A DNA stretch of 64,000 nucleotides from Ascoidea asiatica JCM 7603 (Eukaryota; Fungi; Ascomycota), in the NCBI GenBank assembly GCA_001600695.1, contig BCKQ01000005.1:403307-467306 (forward strand). The letters run 5' to 3'. Below the pieces are notes generated by a model. The model had not been told where the DNA came from. It saw only the letters and a list, made by a program, of their open reading frames with translations, and ran no database searches. A program made the position numbers and the translations under genes. Shown here in pieces: positions 51,563 to 61,663 of this stretch; the stretch's first letter is position 1; each line of letters begins with the position of its first letter.

Positions 51563-52393
51563 TTTTAATACACAAATTCAGGAATACAGAAATACAGGAA
51601 TACAGGAATACAAAAATACAAAAATACAAGAATACTGAGACTCCTAAATACTGAAATAAAGCAAATAAAGCAAATAAAACAAATGCAAGGATAAAGCAAA
51701 TGAAAAGATATGAATATATGAATATATGAATATATGAAAATATAAATAAAATCAGATAATGAGAATCAAAGACATATTTACTGTATTTAGTGTATTATTT
51801 ATTTGTGAGAATTTTGTAAGATTGTAATTTTTCAGTAAGCGAATAAAGTCGAATGTGCAATATTCTGTGGATATTGGGATATTTGGATATTTTATTTGGA
51901 TATTATCTGAGATAACACCCAGAAGCAAAATTTTGGGCGGTTGTTTTTGTTTCTTCGTGCCACGCTCTGCCGGCAACGTTCGCTCTTCCTCGCGCTGTCG
52001 CGTTGTCGCGTTGTCGCGTTCTCATTAAAAAAACAGTTCCGTTTCGTTTAACAAAAACTGTTTTACCAAGATGGTCACGTGTATATGAATTCCGGATTTC
52101 ATCTGTAGCTTCATGCGTGCTTTAATTGGTACCTTCCCCGTGGTAATTTCCAAGCACTCTGCCATCAACAGAATCCACCACCCTTTTTGGTATATTTTGA
52201 AATAACCTATTTTTATTGATACGTAATTGATTAATCACCACCACAAGACAAATATTGAAATATATGAAAATATTGAAATATTAGACAAACATTCATTTTC
52301 ACTTATAATATATCTCATTGACTCTCGTTAAACCATCATCTCAATCGAATTCAAAATCATAGAACATATACTGTACTTTTTTTATTTTAAATC

Positions 52394-54414
52394 ATGTCGT
52401 ATGTAAAAACTTTCAATATAACTTACAAAATGCTCTTTTTTTTTTTTTTTTTTAAAATATTTCTTCATAAACTAACTTAATCCAAATTAAATTAAGTGGA
52501 AAATTTGTTCGTGCATCAAAATTTCGTCATGTATTTGGTCAACAATTAAAAGAAAAAATTTATTTAAATTTAAAAATTTCAAAAAATGCTTGGGATTGTA
52601 ATTTAATTAAGGTTAATGATTTATATTTAGCATTTCCAATTGAATCTGGTGGATTTTCTGGTTCTTTTACAATTTTACCTTTAAATGAAACTGGTAAATT
52701 ACCTGATAAATATCCTTTATTTATTGGTCATACTTCTTCTGTACTTGATTTATCCTTTAATCCTTTTGATAATAAAATAATTGCAAGTTCTGGTGATGAT
52801 GGTAAAATTTCTTTATTTAAAATTCCTGATGATTATTCTTTTAAATCTCCAATTTTAGATTCTAATGATGAACCAATTAATTTAAAACCTTTTAAACAAT
52901 TATCTGGTCATTCAAGAAAAGTTGGTCATATTAAATTTCATCCAATTATAAAAGATATTTTAATTTCTTCTTCAATGGATTATACAATTAAAATTTTTAA
53001 TATTAAAACTGGTAAAATTTTGAATACTTTAAAACATAAAGATTCAATTTCTTCTTTTTCTTTTAGTTATAATGGTCAATTTTTAATTTCTGCTTCAAGA
53101 GATAAAAAATTAAGAATTTGGGATATTTATACTGGTGAATTAATTCAAGAATCAATTGGTCATTCTTCTCCAAAATCAACAAGAACTATTTGGTTAGGTA
53201 ATAATAATAGAATTATAACAACTGGTTTTTCAAAATTAAGTGAAAGACAAATTGGTCTTTGGGATTCAAATAATTTGTCAAAAGGTCCAATTGGTGGGTT
53301 TATAACTGTTGATGTATCTTCTGGAATTTTAATGCCATTTTTTGATTATTCAACTTCAATTTTATTTGTTGCTGGTAAAGGTGATGGTAATATAAGATAT
53401 TATGAATATGATCCAAATTCTGATGATTTATTTCCAATAAGTGAATATTCTTCAATTGATCCACAAAGAGGTTTTGATTTATTACCAAAATATGCTTTAA
53501 ATTTACAAAATAATGAAATTGTTAGAGCTTATAAATCTGTTAATGATAATTCTATTGAAGCCATTTCTTTTACTGTTCCAAGAAGATCGGATGGTTTTCA
53601 ATCTGATATTTATTTAAATTGTCCTTCAAATTTACCTGCCTTATCTGCTGAAGATTTTGAAAATGGTAAAAAAGCTAATGGTCCTATATTAATAGAAATG
53701 GAAACTTTATTTAATAATTCAAATCCAATTTATACTCCTTCAAATGATTTACCAAATGAATTATCGAAAAAAGAATCATCAACTAAAAAAGAATCTCGAA
53801 AAATTGAATCATCAAAAAAAGAAATATTAAAAAAAGAATCAAAAGAAGAATCAAAAGAAAATATAAAACAAGAAGAAAAATTAATTTCAACTTCAAAATC
53901 AAGTGGTAAGATTGATGATTTATTAAATGGTAAAGCTGTTAGTTCATTATTAGATAAAGCTTCTGATCTTGATAATGATAATAATATCAAAGTTGAAGAA
54001 AGTTTATGGGATGAGGAAGATGATGATGTTTTAATTAAACAAACTCCAAAACAACAACAAACTCCAAAAGAATTTGTTAAAGAATCTCCAAAAGTTAAAT
54101 CTTCTCAAAGATCATCTATTTCAAGCAATTCTAGATCTTCAACTCCAAATAATAATTTAAATCCAACCCCAGAAACTATTTCAAGTAATTTATCAAGTAC
54201 TGTTTTAAGTTCTATACCTGGTACACCAATTAATGAAGATAATAGTGGTAATAAAATTATTGCTTTAAGAGAAGTTGCAAGTACTTTAACAATATTATTA
54301 GCTAAATTAGAAAATGAAATTACAAATTTAAAAGAAGTTAATAAACAAAAAGATAAAAGATTAGAAAATCTTGAATTAAAAATTGAACAACTTTTATCTC
54401 AACAACAATCATAA
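52394..54414 (+). CDS. CRN1: Coronin; exons 52394-52398 and 52497-54414 (640 aa)
   Basis: Spliced start MSGKFVRASKFRHVFG; GHTSSVLDLSFNPF, GHSRKVGH, TTGFSKLSERQ, SSGILMPFFD, AGKGDGNIRYYE, FTVPRRSDGFQSDIY; C-terminal coiled coil. Confidence 0.95.
52399..52496 (+). other. Spliceosomal intron of CRN1 (98 nt, AAG acceptor)
   Basis: GTATGT at 52399, AACTAAC branch, TTAAG ending 52496; restores the conserved N-terminus. Confidence 0.88.
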
Positions 54415-54473
54415 TAACAAAACCTTTTAATTTACTCAAATTTCTCATATTTTATTTTTTGCTTTGTTTTTTT

Positions 54474-54540
54474 CTTTATTCTTTTATTTATTCTTTTATT
54501 TATTCTTTTATTTATTCTTTTATTTATTCTTTTATTTGTT
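54474..54540. repeat. 12-bp tandem repeat (TTATTCTTTTAT)n downstream of CRN1
   Basis: About 5 copies read directly. Confidence 0.8.
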
Positions 54541-55015
54541 CTAATTTGAATGCTAAAGTAAGTAAGTATTTTAAAAAAAAAATATATCAGTAAATTCTAT
54601 TTTTTATATTTTCTCATTTTTTTTTTTATTTGTTCTAATTCATTTATTTTTATTTTATTTGATTCTATTTTTTGTTTAACTTTTATTTTAATTTTTGTGA
54701 AATTTTTTATTTAGTTTCTTGTTACAATATATGATGTAAAATGTAAATGTAAATTATAAATATAAAATATAACATATAAAAGATAAGAAAAACTTAAGTT
54801 ATTTAACCAATAATTTAACCAAATTGAAGAAAAGATTTGAATAATATAAAACAATATGAAACGATTATTATAAATAAATAAATAAATAAATTAATAATAT
54901 ATATATATATATATAGTGTATAATGTACAAAATAAAATCTTAATGGGTACCAAAAATAAAAAAAAAAAGCATGAGATAATAGTAATGTTATAAGTTAAAA
55001 AAATATATAAATTAA

Positions 55016-55963
55016 TTAATCTTTTTTCATTATTGGAATTGTTGATTCTATATCATTAAATTTTAAAGATTTTGAATTTGATTTCAAAGAATTTAAATGA
55101 TAATATAAAGCTAAAATAAAAGCAATAATTGAAAGAGATATATAAGCTATAGTAAAATTAAAAGAAAATATTGGAGAAGGAATTTTATAAAAACCTGGAA
55201 TAATTGAATTTGAGATTATATTTTTATTTGAATTTTGATTTGAAATTGATTGAAACCATTTTGAAGAAAATTTAAAAGTAAAATCATCACCAATTACATA
55301 TCTTGTAAAATTTGTACTTGAACTCCAAGAAGTTGAAGAAATTATTGTATTTATATGATTTTTATTATTTTTTTTTGAAGAATAATTATTTGTTATGAAT
55401 ATTACATTTAAATTATTATCAATATCTAAATGAGAAGAAGATATGAAACCTCTGAGATTAATAATAAAAGGTAAAAAATATTGATTTTGAATTTGATTTT
55501 GATTTAAATTTTTAGATAATGGAATTCTACAAGAAAAAGGTACATCTTCATGAATATATAATTGAAATAAATGAAAGATTTCATCATGTAAATTAAAAGT
55601 ACATTTAAAATCTTGATTTATACCATATTTGAATACTAATTGATTATCATTATCATTATTATTATCATTATCATTTTTTTCATTTAAATTTTCTTTACAA
55701 TTAATTATAAAATCATATAAAATTTCACCAGTTTTTTCATTAAATATATGTTCACCAGTATCAATTTGTCTACTTGAACATTGAATTAGAACAGGATCGC
55801 CTTTTTTAAAATTTTTAATAATTATATCTTCATTATATTCATTTTTTAAATACCATGATGAGGAAGAAGAAAAAGAAGAAGATATTAGATCATCTGATCT
55901 TACAAGAAATAAATTCAATAATAAAATTAAAAACCATGAAAGAAAGGGTATTGAAGATATCAT
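55016..55963 (-). CDS. Uncharacterised fungal type-I membrane protein (signal peptide, Cys-containing luminal domain, C-terminal TM)
   Basis: Hydrophobic N-terminal 22 aa; GDPVLIQCSSRQIDTGEH...C...FKCT...DEIFHLFQLYIHEDVPFSCRIP looks like a conserved fungal domain; TM IAYISLSIIAFILALYY. Confidence 0.75.
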   Translation of the reverse strand: MISSIPFLSWFLILLLNLFLVRSDDLISSSFSSSSSWYLKNEYNEDIIIKNFKKGDPVLIQCSSRQIDTGEHIFNEKTGEILYDFIINCKENLNEKNDNDNNNDNDNQLVFKYGINQDFKCTFNLHDEIFHLFQLYIHEDVPFSCRIPLSKNLNQNQIQNQYFLPFIINLRGFISSSHLDIDNNLNVIFITNNYSSKKNNKNHINTIISSTSWSSSTNFTRYVIGDDFTFKFSSKWFQSISNQNSNKNIISNSIIPGFYKIPSPIFSFNFTIAYISLSIIAFILALYYHLNSLKSNSKSLKFNDIESTIPIMKKD

Positions 55964-56899
55964 GATTATGATTAAGATGATTATTAACCTTTCTTATTGT
56001 ATTTATTAAAAAGATTATTTTATATGGAATATGAGTAAGTAAGTTATTTTGTTCAGTAATAAAGTAATAATTGATCAGAATAAATCTTCTATCCAGAACT
56101 GGAGTACTGTATATTTTCTTCGAATCTATAAAAAATATATTCAAATTATATTCAAATTATATTCAAATTATATGAACTACAGAATATATCGAAGAATCAC
56201 AAATTGAATAAACAAAGGAATATTAAAATGTAGGTCTATTTGGCATAAGCTTTAGCATTGGCATTATTATAGGCATTGGCGTGGACATGGATCTGGAATC
56301 GGGCACCCAGAAACCAGAACCGAGCCAGAATCAGAGACAGAAACAGCACCGACAGCAGCAACTCCAAAAACAGAGACCCCAAAAACTGCAGCGGAACTAA
56401 ATTTAGATCTGGGACGGCGCGAGTCAAGCCTGATGGCTGGTGGGGGCTTGTGTCTCGGGACGCTGAGCCCCACTGCGGCTCAGCCAAGGGATAAATTATA
56501 AATGGATTTTTTTCCGGGCGTGGTCTGAGGATTTACAAACCTGGGCTATTCCGGAAAATAAAAAAATACCGGTTTCCAGTTCTCCGTGTCCCGTGACTCT
56601 TTCTGCAGGGAGTCGAGAATTTTAATCGTTGAAGAAGCAGATTTTGATGAAGATTTTGATGACGACTTTGATGACGATTTTGTTGGAGTCTTTGGTGCTT
56701 TTGCTTCTGGGTTTGATTCTCGCTCTGTTGTAGGAAGATTGAAAGAGACTTTGGGTTTTTTCTTTGCTTCCCTGACTTTAGGAACTTATTCAAACTTATT
56801 GTAGCTAAGGTTTTTTCTGTTTTTATTATTACTTCTCTTGCTTATTTACTACTATTATTAATTATCTGAAATATTTTTGCATTTATATAATAAAGAACT

Positions 56900-57280
56900 A
56901 TGCCTCCTGTTCAACAAGTTCAATATGGTCAACCACAATCCAATTTTGAAAAATTCAAAATGGGTTTCTTAATGGGTGGTACTGTTGGTGTTGTTTTAGG
57001 TACTTTATTTGGTGGAGTTGCTGTTTTTCAAAATGGTCCTGGTCCAAATGGTTATCTAAGAACTGTTGGTCAATATATTGCAGCTTCTTCAACAACATTT
57101 GCTTTATTTATGTCTGTTGGTTCTGTTATAAGAAGTGATGATTCAAACTTAATCAATTATAATAATCAATTTCAAATAAACAGATTCAAATTAATGAATC
57201 CATATATTAATAATAATTATAATAATAATTATAATAATAAAAGAAATGGAAAATTTCTTTCATCTCCATCTGATTACTAA
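56900..57280 (+). CDS. MGR2: Mitochondrial TIM23 gatekeeper Mgr2 (Romo1 family)
   Basis: MPP...[18 protein letters not shown]...LFGG...[35 protein letters not shown]. Confidence 0.95.
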   Translation: MPPVQQVQYGQPQSNFEKFKMGFLMGGTVGVVLGTLFGGVAVFQNGPGPNGYLRTVGQYIAASSTTFALFMSVGSVIRSDDSNLINYNNQFQINRFKLMNPYINNNYNNNYNNKRNGKFLSSPSDY

Positions 57281-57534
57281 ATATTTAAAAAAATTAAAAA
57301 TTAAAACTAAAAATTAAAAATCAAAAATAAAACAAAAAAAAAATAAAAAAAAAGTCTATCTATAGTCAATGAAGAAATAACTAAATAAATAACTATTTAA
57401 ATAACTAATTAAATAAATAATCCTTTGTAAATATTATCATATCTTTTCTTATTTCATCCTTCTTACCACTATTATTGAACCTTGATTTGAATGTCAATCA
57501 ATCTACTTCATTTCATTTCAATTAATTAATCTTA

Positions 57535-58326
57535 TTATTTTTTTTTTTTTTTTTGATCTATTTCTTCCCATCCATAAATTGGTTTAAAACTTTCAAAAAT
57601 TCCACAATCTTTAAATAAATTTGGAAAAATCCAAATTCCTTTATAATTTTTTAATAAAATTTTATAATTTTTAAATATTTTATAATTTAAAATTGAATTT
57701 GAAATTGAATAAATAATTAATCTTAAAATTATAATTCCACAAAAAATTGAAATCATTGTACTTATAAATATTGTTGAAAAATAAATAATTAATTTTAATT
57801 TATTTGGCCATATTGGAAATAAAATTAAAATTACTATAATTAAAAATATTATAATTCCATATAATATATCAATTTCTTTTGTGTCTTTATAATTCCAAAC
57901 ATAATATGCATCTGCTGATAATGTTGCTTTCTGTTTTAAAATCAAATATGGTAATATATAATTATAATTATATTTATCTAATGGTTGTAATGATTTTATT
58001 GGTTTTAAATTCTCCAATTTCATTTCTTCTAAACTTAATTTTTTAACTGGTATTACCAATTTATTTTTAATTAATAATATAAACATTCTCATCGCATCTT
58101 CTTCACTTTCAATTGGGCTTAAATTTAATCTTTTACGATTATTTTTATAATCATCACTTAGCATTACTCTAACCATTCTTTTATATCTAAAAAATTCTGT
58201 TTTTTTAGAATTATAAATTCCTTCTCTTAATTTTAATAATTTATGATTTCTAACTATTGATCCTAATGCTAATGCATTTGGTTCAATTATTATTCTCTTT
58301 TGACTTTGAGTTTGGGTTTCACTCAT
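57535..58326 (-). CDS. SEC62: Translocon subunit Sec62
   Basis: VRNHKLLKLREG, EFFRYKRMVR, YYVWNY, two TMs (ILFPIWP; IILRLIIY), GIWIFPNLFKDCGIFESFKPIYGW. Confidence 0.93.
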   Translation of the reverse strand: MSETQTQSQKRIIIEPNALALGSIVRNHKLLKLREGIYNSKKTEFFRYKRMVRVMLSDDYKNNRKRLNLSPIESEEDAMRMFILLIKNKLVIPVKKLSLEEMKLENLKPIKSLQPLDKYNYNYILPYLILKQKATLSADAYYVWNYKDTKEIDILYGIIIFLIIVILILFPIWPNKLKLIIYFSTIFISTMISIFCGIIILRLIIYSISNSILNYKIFKNYKILLKNYKGIWIFPNLFKDCGIFESFKPIYGWEEIDQKKKKK

Positions 58327-58803
58327 GTTTATATACTTTTTACTACTATTTTATAATATTTTTTATATTTAATTCTTGAAATAATATTTAAATAAATCAA
58401 ATAATCTCAAATTAATCTTATAAAATAGTTTTATTTCTATTGTATCCTATTCTATTTATTCTCCCTATTGTTGAAGAGGATTAAAGTTTGGTGTCCATAC
58501 TTTCTTTATTCCGCTTTATTCTGGGTCCTGTCAGCTGACATCATATCCACAAAACTGGTCTCTCGCTCGTTTCGAATTGCAAATAAATTGCTTTCCTAAA
58601 CTTAACTTAACTTTAATTAAATATTGTATATTTATGGGGGTATGTAACTTTAATTAACCAAGACTATTTAGTAAAAGAGAGAAAGGTGTTTAAATGGAAT
58701 AATAAAATAGTAAATGATATTAAATGAATAAGTAATAAGACAAATAAAATAAATAAGCTGATCCGTATAAAGATTAATATTGATTAATGATATAAAGCAA
58801 TTA

Positions 58804-59813
58804 TTATACGAGAAACTGATTCATTAAAACGCATTCTCCACCTTTATCAAGTGGAATATTATAAGTATAAAAATTTCCATCACTACTTATAATCATTACC
58901 AAATTACTATTATGATTTAGTGCAACAATATTTTTACGATTACCAGAATTCTGTAAAAAATCACCATTTGTAATGATATTATTGTTATTATTGTTATTAT
59001 TTTGAGACTTAAGACTTGAGTTTGAATTAGATAAATGTAAATTTGAATTAGGTTGAATTGAATGATTTAATTGAGGATTATAATGAGGTAATTTTATATA
59101 TGCAAAGTCTCTTACAGGTTCTAAAATATTTGAAACTTTTTGAGGTAAATAATTCGATAATAAAGATTTTGAAATATTTCTACTATGATTCCAAAGTACA
59201 CCAGATATTGATGATGTTCTTTTTTTAAATCTTGAATTGATTAAACTTATATGATCATCAATTTGTTCAATTTGCTCTGATTCATTTTCATCTTCATTTA
59301 CATTTGCATTTGCATTTGCAGTTTCGATTTCATTTTCATTTTGAGTTTCATTATTTTGATTATTTGATCTATTTATATTTTTGTTATCCAAATCTAGTGA
59401 ATTTATATTATTATTTTTCTTAATATCTTTATTAGTTTTGTTTATAATTGGAACGGATGAAGTTCTAGTTAATGAGGGTGAATAAGTAGAAGTGGAATTG
59501 GAAGAAAATGAAGAAGGTGATGAGTTTGATAATTTAAAAATATGAATAGTTTGATTATTTGAAGAAGAAGAAAGTAGAGTTGAATTGAAATTGAAATTTA
59601 AAGAATGGATTAAAGTACCACCCATACCTCTTCTAAATTCATGTATTTTTTTATTTTGAATAATATTAAAAACTCTAATTATTGTACCTTTAGTTGAAGC
59701 AGAAGCTAATAATGTACCATTATTATTTAGTTGAAAAGTAATTAAAGGAGATTTATGAGCTGCAATTACATTTATTGGTTGATTATTTAGGGCATCATAT
59801 ATTACTATCATTC

Positions 59814-59844
<31 letters not shown>

Positions 59845-60672
59845 GTTATTATTGTTATTATTGTTATTGCTATTGCTAACATTGCTATTGCTATTATTGA
59901 TATTATTAGTATTATTGCTATTGCTATTGCTACTACTATTAATATTATCATTATTATTGTTCTTGTTATTGTTATTATTATTAATATCTAGAGTGTCAAT
60001 TGAAGAATTTAGATCCTGACTACGAGTATGAATATGAGAATGATTATCATTTAATAATAAATTTGAAGAAGAAGGAGCTGGATAAGCTAAAATTGAATTA
60101 TCAGAAGGAGATAAAGAAATTAAACCATTATAATTTTTTGAAGTTTCAATTATATGTAATAATTTCATACAACTTACATCATAAATATAAATTTGATCTA
60201 ATAATACAACAATTAATCTTTTTCTATTTAATTTAACATTTAAAATTATTGATGGAAAAGTTAATTCACAAATTATTGATTTTCTTTTTGTATTAATGAT
60301 TTTTAATTTTTTTCTTGAATTTAAAGAATTGAATGAATTAGAAGAAGATATATTATTATTACTACTAAATGAATTTGATATTGAACCATAACTTACCATT
60401 GCTATCAAAGAAGTAGAAAAAAGCATTTCTATTATAGAAGCTCCAGCTTCATCATTTTTTTCAAAACATTCACCAAATGGATCACAATTATAAATCTTAT
60501 AACCTTGAGTTGTTCCTATTGCTAAACAAGAGAAATCTTGATTAAAATTGATACAAGTTATATGAGCAGGAGTAGGAGTAGGAGACTGAGAAACCGAGTG
60601 AGAAGAAGAATGAGGAGGAGAATGAAGAGGAACAGGAGAAAGAGCAGAGGAAGATATATGAGAGGAACTCAT
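58804..60672 (-). CDS. ATG21: PROPPIN-family PI3P-binding beta-propeller, most likely Atg21 (Atg18 family)
   Basis: NFNQDFSC...YNCDPFGECF, EMLFSTSLIA, KKLKIINTKRKSIICELTFP, YDVSCMKLL, LLASASTKGTIIRVF, EFRRG. Atg21-type residues plus adjacency to MGR2/SEC62 (YPL100W/YPL098C/YPL094C in S. cerevisiae). ATG at 60672. Confidence 0.78.
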
Positions 60673-61663
60673 ATTGCAATTGATGAATATGTATTTATCG
60701 AGAAGAATATAATATAATATAAATATATATATATATATATAAAATAATGGATTCCAATAAAAGAAATAGATTTTTTTGTTGATAGTTGATAAAAGATGAC
60801 AATTCTGTAAAATATACAATAAATATTAAAACACTCCAAGGGTTAATTAAGATAACATACGGTAATTAGATAACAAGAAAGGTGTGGTGCTTTACGGCAA
60901 CTCTATCACCACTCCAGCAGTAAAACACAGGCAATACAAAAACGGCCTCACAGCAGAGACCACTGCGGCGGGTACGTCTTTTTTGATATAAAAAATACTA
61001 ATTACGTAATGTCACGCCTGGATTCTGAGTTTTTATTCGAATTTGAAAAAGTCCAGAATGAGAACCCTCCCACATCGAAAAATAGTCCACTGGTGCTGGA
61101 GTCATGTGAAAGTCACGTGCAGTTTGGATTTTGGGTACTTCTCGATTTCCTCTTAAAAAAGTCCTGGGAAAGATGTGAAAAATCAGCTTCGAAAACAAAG
61201 CTTTGGGAAGAGCTTTTTGTGGGTAAAAGAAGGTTTATTTATTTTATTTTATTTTATTTTATTTTATTTATCACTTCCTTTCTTTGAAGTAAATTAATTA
61301 TATATTCATTTCATTCATTTTACTCTTAATCAAAAGTTTCCATTTTCGTTCAAGCTCAGTCATTTCTTTTCCATTAAATTCAACTCCATTCAATTCAATT
61401 AAACTCAGCTCAGCTCAGCTCAATTCAATTCAATTCAATTAACATATTTCTGGCTTGTCATTCAAGTATTTTCAAAATATATATTTCATACTTATTCTTG
61501 GATTTTTTTGGTTTGCTTTATATTATATTTTCTGTATTTTGAAATCTGTACTTTATTTTGTATTTTATCTTCTTCAATTTTTATTTTTTTTTCTGCTATA
61601 TTCAAATGCTTTGTTATTTCCATTTACCATATATTATTCTATAATCAATTATAATCAACTATA

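Noticed and set aside
56236-56804. Five short ORFs upstream of MGR2
   Set aside because: Overlapping on both strands, mostly non-ATG starts, derived from 6- and 12-bp periodic repeats.
60673-60819. 49-aa N-terminal extension of ATG21 in the ORF track
   Set aside because: TTG start reading through an (AT)n tract; the first ATG is at 60672.
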